A DNA stretch of 63,834 bases, filler included, from Octopus bimaculoides (Eukaryota), in NCBI RefSeq assembly GCF_001194135.2. It is 6 parts of 6 records of this genome, joined end to end, with 100 filler letters (N's around TTAATTAATTAA, not from the genome) between each part and the next. Parts side by side here need not be neighbours in the genome. Positions count along the whole stretch, not along the records: positions 55,454 to 61,921 come from NC_068996.1; positions 62,022 to 63,834 come from NW_026367570.1; 4 more parts are not named here. One strand, given 5' to 3'. Under the pieces are notes generated by a model, which searched no databases, had not been told where the DNA came from, and saw only the letters and a program-made list of their open reading frames with translations. The position numbers and the translations under genes are program-made. Positions 55,354 through 63,834 of the stretch are shown here, piece by piece (position 1 is the first letter of the stretch; every line of letters starts with the position of its first letter).

Positions 55354-55453
55354 NNNNNNNNNNNNNNNNNNNNNNNNNNNNNNNNNNNNNNNNNNNNTTA
55401 ATTAATTAANNNNNNNNNNNNNNNNNNNNNNNNNNNNNNNNNNNNNNNNNNNN

Positions 55454-56225
55454 TCAAAGAAAGAAAGATTGAGTGGTGGTCAAGCAACTTGCTTTTTGCT
55501 GAGAAACAGACATGCGACAGCAACCGTCCAAAGAAAGAAAGATTGAGTGGTGGCCAGGCAACTTGCTTTTTGCTGAGAAATAGACATGTGACAGCAACCG
55601 TCCAAAGAAAGATTGAGTGGTGGCCAAGCAACTTGCTTTTTACTGAGAAACAGACATGCGACAGCAACCGTCCAAAGAAAGGTGGGTTGAGTGGTGGCCA
55701 GGCAACTTGCTTTTTGCTGAGAAATAGACATGTGACAGCAACCGTCCAAAGAAAGAAAGATTGAGTGGTGGCCAGACAACTTGCTTTTTGCTGAGAAACA
55801 GACATGCGACAGCAAACGTTCAAGAAAGAAAGATTGAGTGGTGGCCAAGCAACTTGCTTTTTGCTGAGAAACAGACGTGTGACAGCAACCGTCCAAAGAA
55901 AGAAAGATTGAGTGGTGGCCAGGCAACTTGCTTTTTGCTGAGAAACAGACATGCGACAGCAACCGTCCAAAGAAAGAAAGATTGAGTGGTGGCCAAGCAA
56001 CTGGCTTTTTGCTGAGAAACAGACATGCAACAGCAACCGTCCAAAGAAAGGTGGGTTGAGTGGTGACCAGGCAACTTGCTTTTTGCTGAGAAACAGACAT
56101 GCGACAGCAACCGTCCAAAGAAAGGTGGACTGAGTAGTGGTCAAACAACTTTCTTGTTTTTAGAATCTGACATGCTACAGTAACCGTCAGATGAAAGGTG
56201 GGTTGAGTGGTGGCCAAGCAACTCT
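55454..56225. repeat. 74-bp minisatellite, about 10-11 copies
   Basis: GAGTGG anchor at 55471, 55545, 55615, 55689, 55763, 55836, 55910, 55984, 56058, 56132, 56205. Two variants (GAAAGATT vs GGTGGGTT). Confidence 0.95.
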
Positions 56226-56432
56226 CTCTTTAGCCTGGGGCTAAATAACAGTAGCATTCTTCCCTTTCCTGGGACTGTCACACTAAGTTGACAACAAACC
56301 ATTACTTTATCGTGCTGCTACTGTATAACGCTTCTGAGAGATTTAGAAATGCAATATTTCTAAGTTTGTTGATTAGTTAATTTATTTCACTTGATATTCT
56401 ATAAGGTTTCAAAGGCGAATAAGTATCGACAG

Positions 56433-56507
56433 CTAGCACGCCAAGCTACACCAGACTGATGAAGAGCAATAACACTGAAACTAGTCTCTGGATGCTGGCG
56501 TTGCTGG
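56433..56507 (+). ncRNA. Type I hammerhead ribozyme, minimal helix III
   Basis: Elements in order: CCAGA, CTGATGA (56456-62), AGAG/CACT stem II (one mismatch), GAAA, CTA, GTC, TCTGG. Helix I extends via ACGCCA/TGGCGT and CTAGC/GCTGG. Palindromic ACTAGT in place of helix III. Confidence 0.8.
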
Positions 56508-59500
56508 GTGAAGGGGTTATATCCCATTTGAAAACTTAAGGACACAAAACGCTTGTGTCACATAGCCAACTGGAGACGTTGTTTCCTGGGACAAAATAGC
56601 AGTAGCATTCTTCCATTTCCTGGGACTGCTACATTAAGGTGGCGACAAACCGGCATTCTCTTATTTATGTTGTTGTTCAGAGACTGACATGATAAAGCAA
56701 CCGTCGAAAGAAATAGGGGGTGATTGGTGGACAAGCAACTCTCTCTTTTGTTGAGAAACTGAAATGCTACGGTAACTGTCTAGCGAAATAGGGGTTGAGT
56801 GGTCACGAAGCAACCATGTGTGTGTGTGCGCGTGCACGTGTGCATTTATATATATATATTGATATATATATATATATATATATATANNNNNNNNNNNNNN
56901 NNNNNNNNNNNNNNNNNNNNNNNNNNNNNNNNNNNNNNNNNNNNNNNNNNNNNNNNNNNNNNNNNNNNNNNNNNNNNNNNNNNNNNNNNNNNNNNNNNNN
57001 NNNNNNNNNNNNNNNNNNNNNNNNNNNNNNNNNNNNNNNNNNNNNNNNNNNNNNNNNNNNNNNNNNNNNNNNNNNNNNNNNNNNNNNNNNNNNNNNNNNN
57101 NNNNNNNNNNNNNNNNNNNNNNNNNNNNNNNNNNNNNNNNNNNNNNNNNNNNNNNNNNNNNNNNNNNNNNNNNNNNNNNNNNNNNNNNNNNNNNNNNNNN
57201 NNNNNNNNNNNNNNNNNNNNNNNNNNNNNNNNNNNNNNNNNNNNNNNNNNNNNNNNNNNNNNNNNNNNNNNNNNNNNNNNNNNNNNNNNNNNNNNNNNNN
57301 NNNNNNNNNNNNNNNNNNNNNNNNNNNNNNNNNNNNNNNNNNNNNNNNNNNNNNNNNNNNNNNNNNNNNNNNNNNNNNNNNNNNNNNNNNNNNNNNNNNN
57401 NNNNNNNNNNNNNNNNNNNNNNNNNNNNNNNNNNNNNNNNNNNNNNNNNNNNNNNNNNNNNNNNNNNNNNNNNNNNNNNNNNNNNNNNNNNNNNNNNNNN
57501 NNNNNNNNNNNNNNNNNNNNNNNNNNNNNNNNNNNNNNNNNNNNNNNNNNNNNNNNNNNNNNNNNNNNNNNNNNNNNNNNNNNNNNNNNNNNNNNNNNNN
57601 NNNNNNNNNNNNNNNNNNNNNNNNNNNNNNNNNNNNNNNNNNNNNNNNNNNNNNNNNNNNNNNNNNNNNNNNNNNNNNNNNNNNNNNNNNNNNNNNNNNN
57701 NNNNNNNNNNNNNNNNNNNNNNNNNNNNNNNNNNNNNNNNNNNNNNNNNNNNNNNNNNNNNNNNNNNNNNNNNNNNNNNNNNNNNNNNNNNNNNNNNNNN
57801 NNNNNNNNNNNNNNNNNNNNNNNNNNNNNNNNNNNNNNNNNNNNNNNNNNNNNNNNNNNNNNNNNNNNNNNNNNNNNNNNNNNNNGACTGCTACATTAAG
57901 GTGGCGACAAACCGGCATTCTCTTATTTATGTTGTTGTTCAGAGACTGACATGATAAAGCAACCGTCGAAAGAAATAGGGGGTGATTGGTGGACAAGCAA
58001 CTCTCTCTTTTGTTGAGAAACTGAAATGCTACGGTAACTGTCTAGCGAAATAGGGGTTGAGTGGTCACGAAGCAACCATGTGTGTGTGTGTCTGTGTTTG
58101 TCCCCCACCATCGCTTGACAACCGATACTGGTGTGCCGTAACTTAGCGGTTCGGCAAAAGGGACGATAGAATAGGTACTAGGCTTGCAAAGAATAAGTCC
58201 TGGGGTCGATTTGCTCGACTAAAGGTGGTGCTCCAGCATGGCCGCAGTCAAATGACTGAAACATGTGAAAGAGAGTAAAAGAGTACTTCTTTTGTAATTT
58301 TATTTTCTGGACACATATTACGGACTTGAATTTTAAGTCTCACTGTCTTAAAATTTATAAGCGTAACTGTGAAGGTGCGTAGTTGAGTGGTTACGAATAT
58401 TCTGCTCAAGATCGTGAGGTCATGAGTTCCATCACTGGTGGTGCGTTGTGTCAATGAACAACTGAAAAACACTTGTAGAAATTACACAAGACAGCCGTTC
58501 CATTTGTTGGTTCTGACGAAATATCATCTGCCGATATCATTTTCCCATTATTTGCGCTCAAGGTCTGTAGGCCTCAGAATGATTATTGCAGCTGGCAGCG
58601 CTTCAAAACAACACATGTATGTTAAGTTGGAGCGCAAATTAATATTCGTTACAGAGGTCGCAAATAGCTGATATATATATATATATATANNNNNNNNNNN
58701 NNNNNNNNNNNNNNNNNNNNNNNNNNNNNNNNNNNNNNNNNNNNNNNNNNNNNNNNNNNNNNNNNNNNNNNNNNNNNNNNNNNNNNNNNNNNNNNNNNNN
58801 NNNNNNNNNNNNNNNNNNNNNNNNNNNNNNNNNNNNNNNNNNNNNNNNNNNNNNNNNNNNNNNNNNNNNNNNNNNNNNNNNNNNNNNNNNNNNNNNNNNN
58901 NNNNNNNNNNNNNNNNNNNNNNNNNNNNNNNNNNNNNNNNNNNNNNNNNNNNNNNNNNNNNNNNNNNNNNNNNNNNNNNNNNNNNNNNNNNNNNNNNNNN
59001 NNNNNNNNNNNNNNNNNNNNNNNNNNNNNNNNNNNNNNNNNNNNNNNNNNNNNNNNNNNNNNNNNNNNNNNNNNNNNNNNNNNNNNNNNNNNNNNNNNNN
59101 NNNNNNNNNNNNNNNNNNNNNNNNNNNNNNNNNNNNNNNNNNNNNNNNNNNNNNNNNNNNNNNNNNNNNNNNNNNNNNNNNNNNNNNNNNNNNNNNNNNN
59201 NNNNNNNNNNNNNNNNNNNNNNNNNNNNNNNNNNNNNNNNNNNNNNCTTCAGAGATTTTATAAAGCTTATAAGGTTAATTTAAAATATCCAAATATCCAA
59301 ATATATAAAAACCGTAAAAACTCACATATATATATGCATACATTAACATATACATAGATATACATAAGTAAACATAAATACATAAATACATATATGTACA
59401 TTTTAATGTACATACACAAATGTCCATACATGCACACAAATGAGTTAATTATTATTGTTATTATATATGAGGAGGACACGTATATATATACCCACAAACA

Positions 59501-60164
59501 CATACATACATACATACATACATACATTCCCTGGTACATACACATTAGTTGTGTTTGTAATGGAGGACTGATGCAGTGGTCCGCATCGTTATATTTCCAA
59601 CACAATGTCCAAACCTATATATATATTTTTCTTTACACCAGAAACCTATGAGGTACGTACGGATCAGTTATGTTTGTAATGGAGGAATTTACACAATTAC
59701 TTCGTGAGAATTCTAACAATGATATCCAAACTTCTATAAACCTGTGATGAGTTACTCCGTTATTTTTCTGTCTATGGAGTAGTTGGAATCTTGCTGGTAG
59801 TGGGGAGGGGTTATTTTTGCTGTTCAGTCACCTCATCTAATTGGTCATCTATTGTTTTAAAATGTCTTCGTTTCGCTACGGTTGGACGACCATTAACCGG
59901 TCAAATGAGTTAGGCATGAATAAATATATACATATACTCATACATATACATTCATATATATATATATACGTACACATATACGTACACACATACATACTCA
60001 CATACCTATATATACCTATATAAATGGAGTGTATCTAAATAACACAAAGATTAAACAAGTTATCGGAAAGTTTATATGCGGATATAAATATACGTATGTA
60101 TATATACACACATACACGACCAAACTAAAATAAGGGGCAGTTCTCACCATATCTTCATTGCTCT

Positions 60165-61230
60165 CTGACTCCATCAGAAGGCGATGAAGATATGGTGAGA
60201 ATATTAACAGACAATGCTCCTTCATATGCAACAGTCAAACGCTGGGTAAATGAATTCAAGCGTGGCAGGGAGAGTGTAGAAGATGATCCAAGAGCAGGGA
60301 AACCTCCAACTGCAACCACCAATGACAACCTTCATCTTGTTGTTGGTATGATTATGCAAGGTCACCAAATATCATGTCCTCAGATAGCCGAGAGACTAGG
60401 CATCTCAAATGAAAGAGCAGACAATATTGTGACAAAAGAACTTCGGTTCTCACAAAGTAGGTCCCTCACTTTTTGACTCCTGAACAGAAACGCACCAGGT
60501 ACACTTTGTCCACGAGCAATCTGGAACTGTTTGAAGCTGATGAAGAGAATATTCTTGCTCGTTTCATTACTATGGACGAAAGTTGGGTCCATCACTACCA
60601 GCTTGAAACCAAAGAACAATCAGTGGAAGAACAAAGCAATGGAAGCACACATCTCCTACCCCAAAGTAGGCCAGGGTCATTCCTTCAGCTGGCAAGGTCA
60701 TGGCGTCCGTTTTTTGGGATTCTCAAGGTGTCTTACTGATCGATTACCTTGAAAAGGGTCACACCGTGACAGGGCTGTATTATTCTCAGCTACTGAAACA
60801 CCTCTTTGAAGCAATCAAAGAAAAAAGGCCGGGAATGCTCACCAGAGGGGTCCTTTTTCATCACGACAATGCTCCAGCCGACACCTCAGTGGTTGCCATG
60901 GCAACAATTCGTGATTGTGGATACGAACTTGTTCCCCATCTGCCTTATTCGCCAGACTTAGCCCCCTTTGACTTTCATCTATTCCCAAAAATGAAAAAAG
61001 CCCTGGCTGGTCGCCATTTTGCCAGTGACAATGAAATCATAGACTCTGTAGGAAGATTCTTGGAGTCTCAAACAAAAGAGTTCCTCTACGCTAGGATAAT
61101 GGCGCTTCAACACCGCTGGAGAAAGTGTTTAGCCATCGACGGGGACTATGTTGAAAAAATAAATCATCTGAAGTCATGTACTATGTTTTGTTTTATTTTG
61201 AGGCTCAAAACTTTTCATGGACGGCCATTT
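60165..61230 (+). mobile_element. Mariner (D,D34D) transposase pseudogene, 5' truncated
   Basis: HTH (ATVKRWVNEFKRGRESVEDDPRAG), ITMDESWVHHY, HHDNAP, PYSPDLAP.DFHLF; at least two frameshifts; no left TIR seen. Confidence 0.95.
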
Positions 61231-61552
61231 TCATTATTTTTTGTTTGCCAAATAAAAAAAAGGAGTATATATTCGTTCTTTAATTACTATTCTTATTCTA
61301 ACTCATGTCCATTGTCCGGAAATCTTTTGCCACGCATCCGTGACTTCTTCAGGGACACTTTCCGTCTTGTGTGTGCTCTTGCTCCGCTTATTTCATTCAA
61401 TATCTAAAATGGAAAAGAGAAAAAAGTTGTCTGTCTTCATGCATGTCTCTATGGACGTCTCTGTGTGTGAACTTCGTGTGTGTGTGTGTGAGCATCGTGT
61501 GTGAGTGTGTGTGTGAGGGTATATACACACAAACACACACATATATAATTCT

Positions 61553-61598
<46 letters not shown>

Positions 61599-61779
61599 GA
61601 GTTGATTTGTTAAATTCAGGCGATTACATATGAACAGACATAATCAATGTTTATTAGTGTCCAGAAAATTAAATCTTGTGCGTATGCCACCTGTTATGGT
61701 AATTGTTAATGAATACGATACCAATATCTACATTCTTTTATCTGTTTTATACATATGTAAATCCTTACACGCACACACA

Positions 61780-61826
<47 letters not shown>

Positions 61827-61840
61827 TTGAAGAAGAAGAA

Positions 61841-61872
<32 letters not shown>

Positions 61873-62379
61873 ACAAGGAGAAGAAGGAGGAGGAGGAGGA
61901 GGAGGAGGAGAAGAAGAAGAANNNNNNNNNNNNNNNNNNNNNNNNNNNNNNNNNNNNNNNNNNNNTTAATTAATTAANNNNNNNNNNNNNNNNNNNNNNN
62001 NNNNNNNNNNNNNNNNNNNNNTGTCTGTCCTTGTTTGTCCCCTCTCTGTGTAGTCCCTTGTGGGCAGTAAAAAAATAGGTATTTCGTCTGTCTCTTTTGT
62101 TTCTTACGCGTCGCACATGTGTTTGTGGTGAAAACTGCTGTTTCTTAGTGTTATTATTGATAATAACTGCTGTTTCTTATAACTGCTGTTTTTGTTAAAT
62201 TGTTGAATTTCGTAAATGTAGGAGTTTTCATTTGAAAACACTAAGTGTTTGTAGAAAGCACGCGTTGTTCATTACCCCGTTGGGGGAAGAATGTCGTCTA
62301 GCGAGAGGCCTACCGTTGGAACAGAAATGTTTGTTTCTGCTGTTGAAGCGAAGAATTGTATGTTGTCTGGCAAGGAGCC

Positions 62380-63834
62380 AACTACGAGCAAAGAAATAAT
62401 TGATTCCCACGAAAACAGAATTTTTGATTCCCCCGTTACAAAAAAGAATAACAAAATGTAGGAGTTATTGGAGATGTGTCTGAAAGCTCGTCAGAACTTT
62501 CACTAGAAGAATTCCCGAGTTTGCCAAAAAGCAAAAGTATTGTGTCCAAAAGAATAATTGATGCACCTAGTATCCAAACTAAACAGCCAAAAAAAAACAA
62601 AAAAAAAACGAATTTTGCGTTGGCAGCTGGAGGTGGAACCCGGCTGCTTTCGACGAATAAGTGTGACTTCATGAAATACAGTGAAATGATGCAAATAAAC
62701 GGTAACGTGGTTAAAATACAACCACAGGAGAAATTACTGCTAGAAGAAAAACAGAAAACAATAATATTTAAAACTTACTGTTTGCAAAAAAGAAAAATTG
62801 AGAGAATTACAGAAGAGAAGTGCTTGAAGCCAATCTGGAGTGACGTAGTTTATCTGACAAGAGGCAGGAAATTTGGTACGGTGGAAGTAAGGTTTACCAA
62901 CAAAGAAATTGCACAAGAACTCTCAGTAGAAACACTGAAAACGGACGACGTGGCACTCATCCCTGCCTATATGGGAATGAGAACGTCCAGAATTAAAATC
63001 ACAAGGGTCCCACCGGAAGTGGATCCTATGTGGTTGGTGGCGGCAGTCCTAATCAAGCAGGAAGAGAAAATTACTCTCCTCCAGGCTGCCGCTAGCGAAA
63101 ACGCTAACTGGACTGGTAAAACAGTTAGTCTGCTCATCCAGGCTGACCCTAAAATAATTGAAGTAATTCCCGAGACAGTTGAGATAGGGGAGGAGACCCT
63201 CGTGGTGTTTGTTGAAGGCTGAAAACCCCAATGTTTTTTATGCGGCCAATTAGGCCACATTCGAAGGAACTGCAAGGAAGATGAGGAAGTGGGAGAAGAG
63301 AAGAAAGAAGAAAAAGAGGAAGAAGAAAAAGAAGAAAAATATGAGAAGAAAGCAACAAACAAAAGAAAAATACAATCGGCAACTCAACTGAGAGCAGTGA
63401 CTACTACAGAACAACGACCAAAAAAGACTGCCAGAAGAGAAAACCAGGAAAAATGCATAATAGCCGTATACACTAAAGATACTGAGCTAATGAGAGACAT
63501 GTGGAGGTGACGGAGGTGATGGAGGCTTTGGCCGACTGTAAAGCGGGTAGGTCGCCGGGACTTGATGGCCTTCCGTATGAGCTGTATAAATGTAAGCCAG
63601 ACTTGTTCGAGCATCTACTGGCTGACGCTTACGCGAACTGGCAACAGAAAGGGTTTATCTGTGCGCCGGAGAGTAGTGACGTTGGTCAGAAAGGACCCAG
63701 ACAAGGGGGACGTTGTAAAAAATTTCAGGCCCATCACTCTGTTAAACTCAGAAGTGAAGATTTTGGCGAAGGTCTTAGCGAAATGGTTGGCGCGTGTCGC
63801 GAATGGTATAGTCGGGGAGGCACAGACATGTGCC
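62380..63834 (+). mobile_element. Tx1/L1-clade LINE: ORF1 with CCHC knuckle joined directly to RT start
   Basis: ORF 62476-63222 with an in-frame TGA, then KPQCFLCGQLGHIRRNC. From ~63500: GRSPGLDGLPYELY and NFRPITLLNSEVKILAKVLA. Runs off the window end. Confidence 0.88.

Noticed and set aside
55454-56225. CRISPR-like array
   Set aside because: Whole 74-bp units repeat with no unique spacers, there are no cas genes, and the context is eukaryotic.

Overview
AT-rich, microsatellite- and SINE-dense eukaryotic DNA. The repeat types and gene structure suggest an Octopus-type cephalopod draft assembly (inference). The window is six pieces joined by artificial 100-bp linkers (44 N + TTAATTAATTAA + 44 N), so there is no synteny across the linkers. 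Piece 1 (1-27844) holds a complete 5-exon RPL23A gene (+, 201 aa, with a triplicated 10-aa motif) and, convergent with it, the last four exons of a phosphorylase kinase gamma gene (PHKG, -). The rest is tRNA-derived SINEs, hAT and piggyBac MITEs, RTE, Tx1/L1, RLE-type and Penelope-like retroelement fragments, a decayed mariner and a 74-bp minisatellite. The most notable non-annotated signal is a set of type I hammerhead ribozyme motifs. One near-intact copy sits in a 351-bp direct-repeat-bounded unit, and two decayed copies sit in tandem ~330-bp units of a related family inside a PHKG intron, which resembles non-LTR retrozymes. Nearly all ORFs in the supplied track are microsatellite or N-gap artefacts.
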